Positions 17,342 to 27,858 are shown, counted from the first letter of the stretch. The stretch is DNA of 64,000 bases from a virus (IMGVR_UViG_3300037502_002518:5712-69711); one strand, 5' to 3'. Notes: generated by a model from the sequence alone, not told the origin. Numbers and translations are program-made.

Positions 17342-19039
17342 ATGAAGTGGGTAAAGAAGAATCCTAAGTTGAACTTTGATAAAGATATGACGATTGTAGA
17401 GAAGTTAGCCAAGATAAACAAGGTGGACAATTTATCTGACTGGATGAATCCATCAAGTAAGTTTGAAAATTCACCACATTTGTTAAAAAATATTGATGAA
17501 GCAACACATCGTATTATGCAAGCTGTAAGAGACAATGAGAAAATAGTTATTGGGAGTGACATCGATTCAGACGGGCTTAACTCTGCATCAATCATGTATA
17601 ACTATTTAAAAAACATTTATGATATTGACAACGTTAGTATTGTTCATGCACAACGTTCTGATGGTCATGGACTTGAAACATTTAAAGATAAAGTTGATGA
17701 TGACACAGGGTTACTAATCATTGTCGATTCATCATCTAACTCAATTGATGCAAGTAAAGAAGTTTCAGAGAAAGGTATTGATATTGTTGTTATTGACCAC
17801 CACGATGTGGATGTTGACAATCCATATGTGACTTTAGTCAACTGTAAGATTGGTGACTATCCTAATCCAAACTTAAGTGGTAGTGCCATGGTCTACAAAG
17901 TTTGTCAAGTTATTGATGAGAAAATTGGAGAAGAGTTTGCAGATGATTTTCTTGACTTGGTAGCAATTGGTTTAATTGGTGATGTGATGAGTGTAAGAGA
18001 GATGGAGAACAGGTATCTGATTAACAAAGGAATTAGCCAAATCAACAATAAAGGGCTTAACATCCTTCTAAAGAAGGCAAAAGTTGATACGTATAGAGGA
18101 ATTAGCTCAACAGATATTAGTTTCAAAATATCGCCAATGATTAGTGCATGTTCGAGGTTTGACAAAATCGAGTTAGCAATTGAGTTGTTAACGACAGAAG
18201 ATGAAGACAGAATGAAAAAGCTATCAAAAGAAATGATTGAGTTGAATGAAAGACGTAAATCAGAACAAAAAGAGATGGTTGAGAGGTTTGCAGAAGGTCT
18301 GGATGATAGCAACAATATTATGATTGTTATTACAGATGAGATTGAGTCTGGATTTAGAGGTTTGATTGCATCAGAAGTTGCAAGCAAGTACAATAAGCCT
18401 GCTTTTGTACTTTACCCAATGAAAGATTCAAATGGGGATGTTTTTGAGTATAGTGGCAGTGCCAGAGGAGTTGGAAGCATTCCGCTTAAAGATTTATGCC
18501 AAGATTCTGGATTGTTTAACTTTGCAACTGGGCATCAACTCGCTTTTGGTCTATCATTTGATGCAGATAAATATGATGAAGTTGTAAAATACTTTAATGA
18601 AGTTCTTGACGATAGTGACTTTGAGAAAGTTATCTACTATGACTTAGAAGTTGATGCAAATGAGCTAGAAGAACTAGATTTAAAGGAAATTGAAAAATTC
18701 TCAAGGATTGTTGGAGAAGGATTCAAAGAGCCTAAGTTTAAGGTGACTGGATTGACTCTTGCAGAGAAGGAAACTAAAAAACTTGGCAGTCATGTGAGAG
18801 CAGTCATGGGTAAAAATAAGGATACAGTAAAAATTATTTGTGAGAATGATTTTGCCCTAATGAAGTTTAGAAGCAATGAGGATTTTGCTAAAGATTTAGA
18901 AGATGAATTTTATGGAGATGCATTCATGGTTGAAGTGGAGGCAGTAGGTAGTTTGAACCTAAATGTATTTTATAATTTTGGTACAAAAGTAACAGAGGTA
19001 ACTAAACAAGTTTTCATTGAAGATTATCGTCTGGTGTAA
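17342..19039 (+). CDS. DHH-family phosphoesterase, RecJ-like ssDNA exonuclease
   Basis: DHH motifs DIDSDGLNS and VIDHHD; RBS TTGGGAG. Confidence 0.65.
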   Translation: MKWVKKNPKLNFDKDMTIVEKLAKINKVDNLSDWMNPSSKFENSPHLLKNIDEATHRIMQAVRDNEKIVIGSDIDSDGLNSASIMYNYLKNIYDIDNVSIVHAQRSDGHGLETFKDKVDDDTGLLIIVDSSSNSIDASKEVSEKGIDIVVIDHHDVDVDNPYVTLVNCKIGDYPNPNLSGSAMVYKVCQVIDEKIGEEFADDFLDLVAIGLIGDVMSVREMENRYLINKGISQINNKGLNILLKKAKVDTYRGISSTDISFKISPMISACSRFDKIELAIELLTTEDEDRMKKLSKEMIELNERRKSEQKEMVERFAEGLDDSNNIMIVITDEIESGFRGLIASEVASKYNKPAFVLYPMKDSNGDVFEYSGSARGVGSIPLKDLCQDSGLFNFATGHQLAFGLSFDADKYDEVVKYFNEVLDDSDFEKVIYYDLEVDANELEELDLKEIEKFSRIVGEGFKEPKFKVTGLTLAEKETKKLGSHVRAVMGKNKDTVKIICENDFALMKFRSNEDFAKDLEDEFYGDAFMVEVEAVGSLNLNVFYNFGTKVTEVTKQVFIEDYRLV

Positions 19040-19071
19040 CTTAATAAATTAATTTTACAAAGTTATAGATG

Positions 19072-19101
19072 TTGACCAAATGCCAAATAAAATGTTATAA
19101 T
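19072..19101 (+). promoter_or_regulatory. promoter TTGACC-18bp-TATAAT with TGCCAAATAAAA motif in the spacer
   Basis: seen in sequence; precedes nrd cluster. Confidence 0.55.
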
Positions 19102-19179
19102 AATAAGTACACTCGACACTGCAACTACATATTGTGGTGTCGAGTTGTAAATAAATACAATATATAGGAGGATGGTAAA

Positions 19180-19425
19180 ATGGTAAAGGTTTTTACAAAA
19201 TACGGTTGTCCACAATGTGAGATGACAAAAAAGGTTTTGGATGAAAATGGAGTTGAATATGAGCTGTTTAATGTAGAAGACAATGAGGAAGACTTACACT
19301 ATGTGAAAGAGGTGTTGGGGTACTCGTCTATGCCAGTGGTCGAAATTCGAGATGGAGAAGATGGTTTCAATGAGGCTTTCTCTGGGTTTAGACCCGATAA
19401 ACTAATGTCGTTGAGTTGTAAATAA
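19180..19425 (+). CDS. nrdH: NrdH-type glutaredoxin-like redoxin
   Basis: CPQC active site near N-terminus, 81 aa, precedes nrdI-nrdE. Confidence 0.8.
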   Translation: MVKVFTKYGCPQCEMTKKVLDENGVEYELFNVEDNEEDLHYVKEVLGYSSMPVVEIRDGEDGFNEAFSGFRPDKLMSLSCK

Positions 19426-19426
19426 A

Positions 19427-19798
19427 ATGCTTCTTTTATATATGAGTTTGACTGGGAACGTGAGAGAGTTTGTTGAAAAAACAGGCTTGAAAAATAGAGA
19501 GATAGAGCCTACAAATCCATTCTTTGAAGTTAATGAGGACTTTGTAATTGTAGTTCCATCATATGAAGGATATATAAATGAAGAAGTTGAAGACTTTTTA
19601 TCATATAAAGACAATTCAAAGTTTTTGAGAGGTTTTGCATCAAGTGGAAATTTGAATTTTGATGAACTATTTTGTGTGAATGCAAAGCAGTTGTCAAAGA
19701 AGCTCAATAAACCTCTTTTTTTTAAGTTTGAATATAGTGGTACAGACAGAGATGTTAATTTGTTTTTAGAAAGGTTGGGAGAAATTGAAAAAGGTTGA
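19427..19798 (+). CDS. nrdI: NrdI flavodoxin-like protein
   Basis: N-terminal [13 protein letters not shown] (flavin-binding loop), size, position. Confidence 0.75.
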   Translation: MLLLYMSLTGNVREFVEKTGLKNREIEPTNPFFEVNEDFVIVVPSYEGYINEEVEDFLSYKDNSKFLRGFASSGNLNFDELFCVNAKQLSKKLNKPLFFKFEYSGTDRDVNLFLERLGEIEKG

Positions 19799-20525
19799 GC
19801 TAAAAAAGGGGAAAGAAAGTGAGAATTATTTTCACTTAAATAATTTGTTAAATATTCCAAAAGATGGAAAGATACAACTAAATAAAGACAAAGAGGCTGT
19901 AAAAGAATATTTCCTTGAGTACGTGAATCCAAATACAATGTTCTTTCATTCATTAGAAGAAAAGTTGGGATATTTGATTGAAAATGATTATATCGAAGAA
20001 GATATGATTAACAACTATAGCAAGGAATTCATTAAAGACTTATTTAAAAAGGCATATGACAAGAAGTTTAGGTTTAAAAGTTTTATGGGAGCATATAAGT
20101 TTTATTCCCAATATGCTATGAAGACAAATGATGGAAAGTGGTTCTTAGAACGATATGAAGACCGTGTTGTCTTTAACGCTTTAAAGCTTGCAATGGGAGA
20201 CGAAAGTTTAGCAGATTCGCTGGTTGAAGAAATGATAAACCAACGTTATCAACCTGCAACTCCAACATTTTTAAATGCAGGGAAAAAGAGACGTGGAGAA
20301 TTTATTTCATGTTTCCTGCTTACAATTGATGACTCTATGAATTCAATTGGACGTGCAATTAATTCTGCTTTGCAACTATCGAAGCGAGGTGGAGGGGTAG
20401 GAATCGGATTATCTAACATTCGTGCCAACAATGACCCAATCAAAGGTGTTGAAGGTTTATCGGACGGTGTTGTTCCTGTCATGAAGTTGTTAGAGGATTC
20501 GTTCTCATATGCCAATCAACTGGGT
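19785..20525 (+). CDS. nrdE: class Ib ribonucleotide reductase alpha subunit NrdE, exon 1
   Basis: [24 protein letters not shown] motifs; ends ...SYANQLG. Confidence 0.8.
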
Positions 20526-20848
20526 TGACATACAGGCTCAGTATAAAACGGGTTAACTGCTGGAACTTCTTTAGAGCTTAATGCGCCACAACGCAACTGG
20601 AAACGGTAATCGTAAAGGCTTAAAAAGTATTAAGATTAGAAAATCAGCATCCACTCCTCTAAGTGTTAAAACATAAGAGGAAGGTTCAACGACTAAGTGA
20701 CAGCAAAAGTGATTTTGTTGTCCGAATCCGTTAAATGTTTAATAAATAACACTCTTTATTAAATATGAAATATATAGTCTGTTCTTTAGGGAGACCTAAA
20801 GAGTGTAGCAGAAATGACTGCACCCCACGTTAGTGGAGTAACAAAAAG
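20526..20848 (+). mobile_element. group I intron 1 in nrdE (323 nt, no ORF)
   Basis: R-like AACGACTAAG and S-like ATATAGTCTG P7 elements; 5' exon ends U, intron ends G; splicing restores ANQLG|QRSGSGVTYL. Confidence 0.7.
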
Positions 20849-21265
20849 CAAAGGTCTGGTTCTGGAGTAACGTACTTGAATATCTTCCACCCAGATGTGA
20901 TTGACTTTCTTGCAGTAAGAAAAGAGAATGCAGATGAAAAGGTTAGAATTAAAACTTTATCTCTTGGTTTAGTTGTCCCAGACAAATATTATGAGCTTGT
21001 AAAAAACAATGAGAATATGTATCTTTTCTCTCCTTATGATGTTGAAAAAGAATATGGAAAACCTTTCTCATATATTGATATTACAAAAGAATATGACAAC
21101 ATGGTTAATAATAAAAATATTCGTAAATCTAAGATTAAAGCGAGAGAATTAGAAACTGAAATTAGTAATCTTCAAAATGAAAGTGGTTATCCTTATATTA
21201 TTAATATTGACCATGCAAACAAAGCCAACCCAGTTCATGGAAAAATTATCCAGAGTAACTTGTGT
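20849..21265 (+). CDS. nrdE: NrdE exon 2
   Basis: ...YLNIFHPDVIDFL ... SNLC. Confidence 0.75.
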
Positions 21266-21542
21266 AAACAAATGCACCTTTAAGTAGGAATGCTTATCGA
21301 AAATCCTGTTAAACGGGGAAACCCTCACTTGAGACAATCCCGTGCTAAATTTATTTGATACATTATGTTTTTTTAAATAATAAATGCCGAACGACTATCC
21401 CACTATGGGAGTACACTACAAGCCTTTGGTGGTGGAAAAGCAGGACATCCAGAACGGATGATGATATAGTCTGCTCTATATGGTGACATATAGCTGTGGT
21501 TAGCCCACGCTCTAATTTTAGCGAGATTAGAGGAACAAAAGG
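21266..21542 (+). mobile_element. group I intron 2 in nrdE (277 nt, no ORF)
   Basis: AACGACTATC and ATATAGTCTG elements; junction restores SNLC|VEIFQV... with the expected 23-residue spacing to DISCNLGS. Confidence 0.7.
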
Positions 21543-22571
21543 GTAGAAATTTTTCAAGTGCAAACGGAGTCAAAAATCAATGATGACCAAACTTATGAAG
21601 TTTTAGGTAGTGATATTTCTTGTAACCTTGGGTCAACCAATATCACAAATTTAATGGAGTCACCAAACTTTGGAAAATCAGTAGAGGTTATGACAAGAGC
21701 ATTAACAAATGTATCTGATATGTCAAGCATTGATTCAGTCCCATCAATAAAAAATGGTAATGATAGATACCACTCTATTGGTCTAGGAATGATGAACCTT
21801 GCTGGGTTCTTAGCAAAAAATCAAATTCATTATGGTAGTGATGAATCACTAGAGTTTGTTGACAAATACTCTATGCTTTTAAATTATTGGACTCTTGTTG
21901 CAAGTAATAAGATTGCAATTGAAAGAGATGAGAAGTTCTATGAATTTGACAAATCAAAGTATGCTAGTGGGGAATATTTTGATGAATACTTTAAGATTTT
22001 AGAACTTGATTTTAAACATGACAAGGTTAAAGGTTTGTTTGGAGGTGTCTATATTCCAACAATGAAAGATTGGAACGTGTTAAAGGATGCTGTTATGACT
22101 TATGGCTTATACTCAGCGTTTAGGCTTGCCACACCTCCGACAGGAAGTATCAGCTACATCAATGAAGCTACAGCTTCAATTCATCCAGTCATTTCAAGAA
22201 TTGAAGAAAGAGTTGAAGGTAAACGTGGTAAAGTTTATTATCCTGCTCCTTATCTTTCAGAAGAAACAATTCCATATTACAAGTCAGCATATGATATTGA
22301 CCAAAGAAAAATTATCGATGTGTATGCTACAGCACAAAATCATATTGACCAAGGTTTGAGTATGACATTATATACAAAATCAAATTTTAATGAAGGTCTT
22401 TATGAATGGAAAGTAGGAACAGCTTATCCTACAGAGAAAACGACAAGAGATTTAAACATTTTCAGAAACTACGCTTGGTCTAAAGGGATTAAGTCAATTT
22501 ACTACATTAGAACGTTTACCGAAGATGGCGATACAATTGGTGCAAACGAATGTGAAAGCTGTAGTGTATAA
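21543..22571 (+). CDS. nrdE: NrdE exon 3 (includes C-terminal CESC)
   Basis: DISCNLGS, C-terminal redox cysteines. Confidence 0.75.
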   Translation, partial: VEIFQVQTESKINDDQTYEVLGSDISCNLGSTNITNLMESPNFGKSVEVMTRALTNVSDMSSIDSVPSIKNGNDRYHSIGLGMMNLAGFLAKNQIHYGSDESLEFVDKYSMLLNYWTLVASNKIAIERDEKFYEFDKSKYASGEYFDEYFKILELDFKHDKVKGLFGGVYIPTMKDWNVLKDAVMTYGLYSAFRLATPPTGSISYINEATASIHPVISRIEERVEGKRGKVYYPAPYLSEETIPYYKSAYDIDQRKIIDVYATAQNHIDQGLSMTLYTKSNFNEGLYEWKVGTAYPTEKTTRDLNIFRNYAWSKGIKSIYYIRTFTEDGDTIGANECESCSV

Positions 22572-22584
22572 GGGGGGAAATGAT

Positions 22585-23538
22585 ATGACAGAAGTTTTTA
22601 AAAGTATTAATTGGAATGAAATTGAAGACCCAGTTGATAAAATGACTTGGGACAAACTGATTAGTCAATTTTGGATTGACACAAGAATGCCAATTTCCAA
22701 TGATTTACCAGACTGGAGAAAGTTAAGTGATAAAGAAAAAGATTTGTTCAATAAGGTATTTGGAGGGCTAACAGCCCTTGACACCTTGCAGTCAGAAGAT
22801 GGAAATGAGCAGATTAAACAAGATGCAAAGACAAAGCATGAAATTGCTGTTTACAACAATATTCAATTTTTTGAGACAATTCATGCTAAAAGTTATAGTT
22901 CAATTTTTAGTACACTTTGCACCCCTAAAGAAATCAAGGAAATTTTTAAATGGACTGAAGACAACGACATGTTGCAATACAAAGCAAAAAGAATTAAAGA
23001 CATCTACCTAAATGGAACTTCTATGCAGAAGAAAATTGCTTCAGTGTTTCTAGAGTCGTTCCTATTCTATAGTGGTTTTTATACACCATTATACTATTTT
23101 GGGAAAGGAAAAATGGTAAACGTTGCAGAAGTAATTAGATTAATCTTGCGAGATGAGTCATCACATGGTGTTTTTATCGGACACAAATTCAACTTAGAGT
23201 ATAAAAAAGCTTCAAAAGAAGAACAAGAAGAAATCAAAAATTGGGCTTACGAATTACTATATGACCTATATAATAATGAAGTTAAATATACAGAGTATCT
23301 TTATGACGAACTTGGATGGACAGAGGACGTTAAAACATTCTTAAGATATAATGCAAACAAAGCATTAATGAACTTAAAGTTGCCAGTTTTGTTTCCAGAT
23401 TCAGCAGAAGACGTTAATCCAATTGTCATGAACGGTATTTCAACCAGTACAAGCAATCAAGACTTCTTTAGTAGTGTGGGTAATGGTTACTTGTTAACAC
23501 CTGTAGAAGATATGAAAGATGAAGATTATAACTTTTAG
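22585..23538 (+). CDS. nrdF: class Ib ribonucleotide reductase beta subunit NrdF
   Basis: ferritin-like di-iron motifs (ESFLFYSGF, RDESSHG); RBS AAGGGGGGAAATGATATG. Confidence 0.8.
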   Translation: MTEVFKSINWNEIEDPVDKMTWDKLISQFWIDTRMPISNDLPDWRKLSDKEKDLFNKVFGGLTALDTLQSEDGNEQIKQDAKTKHEIAVYNNIQFFETIHAKSYSSIFSTLCTPKEIKEIFKWTEDNDMLQYKAKRIKDIYLNGTSMQKKIASVFLESFLFYSGFYTPLYYFGKGKMVNVAEVIRLILRDESSHGVFIGHKFNLEYKKASKEEQEEIKNWAYELLYDLYNNEVKYTEYLYDELGWTEDVKTFLRYNANKALMNLKLPVLFPDSAEDVNPIVMNGISTSTSNQDFFSSVGNGYLLTPVEDMKDEDYNF

Positions 23539-23577
23539 TTATAATCTTCAATATGTAAATATAAGGAGAGTGCTATT

Positions 23578-24228
23578 TTGGCATTAGTTATTAAAAAGGA
23601 CGGTTCAACAAATTACTGGGATAGTGAAAAAATTGTAGAAGCAATTATGAAATCAAGTGATAGAGTAAGCAAGAAAAAGCAACTGACAAAAGAGCAGATA
23701 AAATCCATTGTTGATGGAGTTGAAAAAAATGTATCATCATTTGATACGATTTATACATCAGATATTCACGACATGGTACTGTCTCAATTGCAAATTTTTA
23801 ACAAAAGTGTTTATAGAGAATATAAGATTTATCGTGACTATAAGAAAAAATTTAGCGATTCTTTTATAAATGTCACAGAGTATTCAAACAAGATTGTGTA
23901 CAGTGGGGACAAAGAGAATGCAAACAAAGATTCTACTTTAAATTCAACAAAACAAGCGTTAATTTCAGAGGGCATTATGCGTGAATTCATGAGAAACTTT
24001 GAGCTTAGAAAAGAGTGGGTAAAAGCTCATGATGATGGGTGGATTCACATTCATGATATGGCAAACAGATACCTTGGAGGTATTAATTGTTGCATTTTTG
24101 ATATGGACAATCTACTAAAAGATGGTTTTGAGATGAATGGTTCAAAATACTTTGAACCAAAATCAGCACAAACCGCTTGGGCTGTGATTGGAGATGTGAC
24201 ATTAAGTGCATCTGCGCAACAGTACGGT
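23578..24228 (+). CDS. nrdD: anaerobic (class III) ribonucleotide reductase NrdD, exon 1 (ATP-cone)
   Basis: N-terminal ATP-cone-like sequence; TTG start after RBS AAGGAGAG. Confidence 0.7.
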
Positions 24229-25095
24229 AAATAATTGCCGTAATAAAACCTGCTAACCAGCAAATGCTGGGTGTCTATTAAAAATAGGCTAACGGTGAAA
24301 CCTTAACAGATAATGCTGATGGCAATACCGTGCTTGACTCCATAAATAAATGAAAAGGGGGTGAAAATATGGAAGAAGTTTGGAAGAGTATAGACGATTT
24401 TGAAAATTATATGGTGAGTAACTATGGTAGAGTAAAATCCATCGATAGAATTATAAAAGAAAATGGTAAAAAAGGTTATTTTAAAAAAGGTGTTGTTTTA
24501 AAGGGTCAACCAAATAAAAACAATGGAAGAATATATGTTAACCTATACAACACTAGGGAAAAGAAAATTAAAAATGCGATTGTTGCCAGACTAGTTGCGA
24601 AAGCTTTTATAGACAATCCTAAAAATCTCAGAGAAGTTAATCATATAGATAGAGATGTAACAAATAACCATGTAGACAATTTAGAATGGGTAAGCCCTAA
24701 AGAAAACATGAAACACCTTGAAAATAAATATGGTTTTGATTTTGGCAGAATACCTGTTATTGGAAAACATAAAGAGACTGGGGAAGAAGTTTATTTTTCT
24801 TCAATAAAAAATGCCACTGATTGGCTTAGTGAAAAACAGGGAAAAATTGCTTATGCATCTGGAATAAGCAACTGTTGTAAAAGCACAAGAAAATCTTATA
24901 GAGGATATAAGTGGGAGTCAAGTTTAGAGACTATCGAAAGCATAGATTGACAACAAAAAGCTAGTTGACAATTGAAGAAGCGAGTAGAGTAGGATATGTG
25001 GTGAAATTCCCAATCCGAAACGGCAGGCAACGACTAGCAATCGTTGAAGATATAGTGCAAATAAGTAACCAGTAGGGAAACCTACATCTTATTTG
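24229..25095 (+). mobile_element. group I intron 1 in nrdD (867 nt) carrying an HNH homing endonuclease ORF
   Basis: AACGACTAGC element, structured flanks, internal HNH ORF. Confidence 0.7.
24369..24950 (+). CDS. intron-encoded HNH homing endonuclease (NUMOD4-like N-terminus YMVSNYGRVKS; HNH core EVNHIDRDVTNNHVDNLEWVSPKEN)
   Basis: HNH motif read directly from the sequence; RBS AAAGGGGGTG. Confidence 0.85.
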   Translation: MEEVWKSIDDFENYMVSNYGRVKSIDRIIKENGKKGYFKKGVVLKGQPNKNNGRIYVNLYNTREKKIKNAIVARLVAKAFIDNPKNLREVNHIDRDVTNNHVDNLEWVSPKENMKHLENKYGFDFGRIPVIGKHKETGEEVYFSSIKNATDWLSEKQGKIAYASGISNCCKSTRKSYRGYKWESSLETIESID

Positions 25096-25296
25096 GGTTT
25101 CAGTATTCCAAACATTGAATCAATCGTAGCTCGATATGCCGAAAAATCATATACAACACACTATGAATACTTTATTGACAAAGGTATTGATGATAACAAA
25201 GCTCAAGAGCTTGCTGAAGAAATGACTATTAGAGAGATTGAACAAGGGTATCAAGGGTTTGAAACCAAGTTGAACACTGTCTCAAATTCGCTGGGT
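25096..25296 (+). CDS. nrdD: NrdD exon 2
   Basis: in-frame segment between two introns. Confidence 0.6.
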
Positions 25297-25597
25297 TAGT
25301 TATATGGCTCACCTTACTGTAAACGGTAAGGATAATAGGTGGTGAACCTGCAAAAGCAGGGTGTGTATTAAATTAATATGCTAACGGTAGAACCTAAATC
25401 TTTTGACAAGGCAATACCGTGCCAAGTTTAAAGAGAAATCTTTTTAAAGGTGTAACGACTAAGATGTACGTCCTAAGTGTATACACATATGGATATGAAA
25501 TCTGTACAGACAGAGTGAAATTCTTTGTTTGGAAGCGCCACCCACCTAAAGCTTAAAGCTATGGTGAAGATATAGTCTACACTTATAGAAATATAAG
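25297..25597 (+). mobile_element. group I intron 2 in nrdD (301 nt, no ORF); 5' part closely resembles intron 1
   Basis: AACGACTAAG and GAAGATATAGTCTAC elements; shares AACCTGC-AAAGCAG...CTAACGGT...GGCAATACCGTGC block with intron 1. Confidence 0.7.
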
Positions 25598-26863
25598 GTT
25601 ATTGTGCAAATCCCTTTCGTCTCCATTTCATTTGGTTTAGACACGTCAAAATGGGGCAGAATCATTTCTAAGAAAATGTTGGAAATACGTGAACGTGGTA
25701 TAGGAAGAGACAGGATTTCAGCGGTGTTCCCGAAGCAAATTATGTTTATTCGTAGTGAAATCAACAAAAATGAAGACAGTCCAAATCATGACATTTATTT
25801 AAAAGCAATTGAATGTAGCAGAAAACGTTTGTATCCAGATTATTTAAGCTTAGACTCACCAGAGACGAATAATCTTGCAGAGATTTATGAACGCTCTGGA
25901 CAGGCAGTGATAGCAATGGGATGTAGAGCGTATTTAAGCCCTTATGAATATGAGGGTAAAGAGATTTACAACGGTCGTTTTAACATTGGAGCAGTCAGTT
26001 TAAACTTACCTAAAATGGCAATTGAAGCGAATGGCAACAAAAGTAAGTTTTTAAAATTGATTGATAAATATTCTGAAATGGTTTTTGAAATTCATGAAGA
26101 TTATTACCAAAGACTTTCACAGGTAAAGGCTTCAAGTAACCCACTTCTATTTATGGAAGGTGGCTCATTTAAAAAGCTAAAGGCAGATGAAACAATTGAA
26201 GAGTTACTAAAAGGAGCAACAGCATCATTAGGATACGTTGGTGTTGAAGAAGCAATGGTTGCATTAACTGGGGAAGGAATTACAAAGAATAAAGATTTCT
26301 CCATTGAGACAGTGCAAAGGCTAAAAGATAATGTCAATAAAGCATCAAACAAATACAATAGACTTGGGGCTTTGTACAGTACCCCCGCAGAAAATATTAT
26401 CTACCGTTTTAATAATATTAATCGTGAACAATATGGAGAAATTGACGGTGTAACAACGAGAGAATACATGACAAATTCTTTTCATGTCCCTGTTTTTGAA
26501 GATGTTTCAGTATTAGAGAAGATTGATTTTGAGTCGAACTTTCACTCTATCGCAACAGGTGGAAGAATTTCATATTGTGAGTTCCCTTACAATGTAGATT
26601 CAAAGATTTTAAAACAAGCCATTGATTTTGCAATGGAAAAAGGTTTATACTATGGTGTCAATGTTATTTCAGCAACATGTAATGATTGTTCTCACTCTGG
26701 TGATTTTGAGGATTGCCCAGAATGTGGTTCAGACAATGTGACATCAGTTTCTCGTGTATGTGGATATTTAAGTTTTGGAAAAATTAAAGGGGATTCACGA
26801 TATAACCTTGGTAAGCAAGCAGAGGTAAGAGAAAGAGTAAAACACACATTTGGAGGTTGCTAA
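25598..26863 (+). CDS. nrdD: NrdD exon 3 (glycyl-radical domain, RVCGYL motif, C-terminal Zn site CNDCSHSG...CPECG)
   Basis: glycyl radical motif SRVCGYLS. Confidence 0.75.
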   Translation, partial: VIVQIPFVSISFGLDTSKWGRIISKKMLEIRERGIGRDRISAVFPKQIMFIRSEINKNEDSPNHDIYLKAIECSRKRLYPDYLSLDSPETNNLAEIYERSGQAVIAMGCRAYLSPYEYEGKEIYNGRFNIGAVSLNLPKMAIEANGNKSKFLKLIDKYSEMVFEIHEDYYQRLSQVKASSNPLLFMEGGSFKKLKADETIEELLKGATASLGYVGVEEAMVALTGEGITKNKDFSIETVQRLKDNVNKASNKYNRLGALYSTPAENIIYRFNNINREQYGEIDGVTTREYMTNSFHVPVFEDVSVLEKIDFESNFHSIATGGRISYCEFPYNVDSKILKQAIDFAMEKGLYYGVNVISATCNDCSHSGDFEDCPECGSDNVTSVSRVCGYLSFGKIKGDSRYNLGKQAEVRERVKHTFGGC

Positions 26864-27379
26864 ATGGCTAGAATTCACCAACTGAAAGATGTAGATATGG
26901 ACAATGGTTACTGGGGCTTTTGCACATCAATATGGTTTAATGGTTGTGTTCATGAGTGCAAGGGGTGTTGGAATAGTGAAACATGGGCTGTCAATGACAG
27001 CCTCTATGTTCCTAATGAAGAGATAATTGAAAAAACTGTAGAATATCTTGATAACTACTTTCCAAAAGACTTGAGTATACTTGGGGGAGACCCACTAGCA
27101 CCTTTCAATGTGGATGACACATATGAAATATTGAGTGGAATATTAGAAAAGCGACCACAGACAAGAGTTGTATGTTGGACAGGATACATTTACGAAGCTT
27201 TAATTAAGCATGGATGGGCAGATAAAATTCTTCCAATGATTGATATTTTAATTGATGGTAGATATATTGAGAAGTTGCATGTTGAAGGAAAACCATATGG
27301 CTCTAGTAATCAAAGGATTATAAGATTAAAAGATTCACTAAAAAAAGGGAAGATTATACTCGATGAACAAAAAACATGA
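26864..27379 (+). CDS. nrdG: anaerobic RNR activating enzyme NrdG (radical SAM)
   Basis: CxxxCxxC-like cluster GCVHECKGCWN; coupled to nrdD stop. Confidence 0.75.
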   Translation: MARIHQLKDVDMDNGYWGFCTSIWFNGCVHECKGCWNSETWAVNDSLYVPNEEIIEKTVEYLDNYFPKDLSILGGDPLAPFNVDDTYEILSGILEKRPQTRVVCWTGYIYEALIKHGWADKILPMIDILIDGRYIEKLHVEGKPYGSSNQRIIRLKDSLKKGKIILDEQKT

Positions 27380-27403
27380 ATTTATTTTCATGTTTTTTGT
27401 TTT
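27371..27403 (+). terminator. rho-independent terminator (AAAACATGAA...TTCATGTTTT plus T-run)
   Basis: seen in sequence after nrdG. Confidence 0.65.
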
Positions 27404-27408
27404 ATCTC

Positions 27409-27437
27409 TTGACTTATATTTATTTTAGCATTAGAAT
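27409..27437 (+). promoter_or_regulatory. promoter TTGACT-17bp-TAGAAT
   Basis: hexamers seen in sequence. Confidence 0.5.
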
Positions 27438-27469
27438 GTATATATTGAATGATTTAAAGGAGGGTTTGA

Positions 27470-27814
27470 ATGATTGTAAATACAAGAATGTCTTTTGAAG
27501 TAAGGGAAGCAGGCTTTATCAGAGTTTCCTACTACATTCGCTCTAGGGTAAAAATAAAATTTGTCTTCAACAGTAAAGAGGTGGCTCTTGAAAGCATAAT
27601 AGACTTGTTTGAAGAGTTATCTCCTAAATTGTTGCATAGATATATTGAAAAAATTAAAAATGGTGATGAAAAGATGGTTAAAACAATCAAAAAGATTATA
27701 AGAAAGCGTGTGAAAAATTCTGTAAGTAATTACTTACACGAACAATCTGTTGAGGACATCAACAAAGATTTAGAAGATTATGAAATGAATTTTATTTTAG
27801 ATTATATAGAATAA
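27470..27814 (+). CDS. hypothetical protein (114 aa)
   Basis: RBS AAGGAGGGTTTGAATG. Confidence 0.5.
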   Translation: MIVNTRMSFEVREAGFIRVSYYIRSRVKIKFVFNSKEVALESIIDLFEELSPKLLHRYIEKIKNGDEKMVKTIKKIIRKRVKNSVSNYLHEQSVEDINKDLEDYEMNFILDYIE

Positions 27815-27829
27815 ATACTAAATAAAATA

Positions 27830-27858
27830 TTGACATATAGGCAAACTAGTGGTACAAT
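27830..27858 (+). promoter_or_regulatory. promoter TTGACA-17bp-TACAAT
   Basis: hexamers seen in sequence. Confidence 0.55.

Noticed and set aside
20249-20515. 88-aa minus-strand ORF overlapping nrdE exon 1
   Set aside because: It lies entirely inside the conserved NrdE coding sequence, with no translation signals.
22102-23011. Internal + strand ORFs 22102-22359 and 22778-23011
   Set aside because: They are out-of-frame ORFs nested in nrdE exon 3 and nrdF. Conserved RNR motifs are in the other frame.
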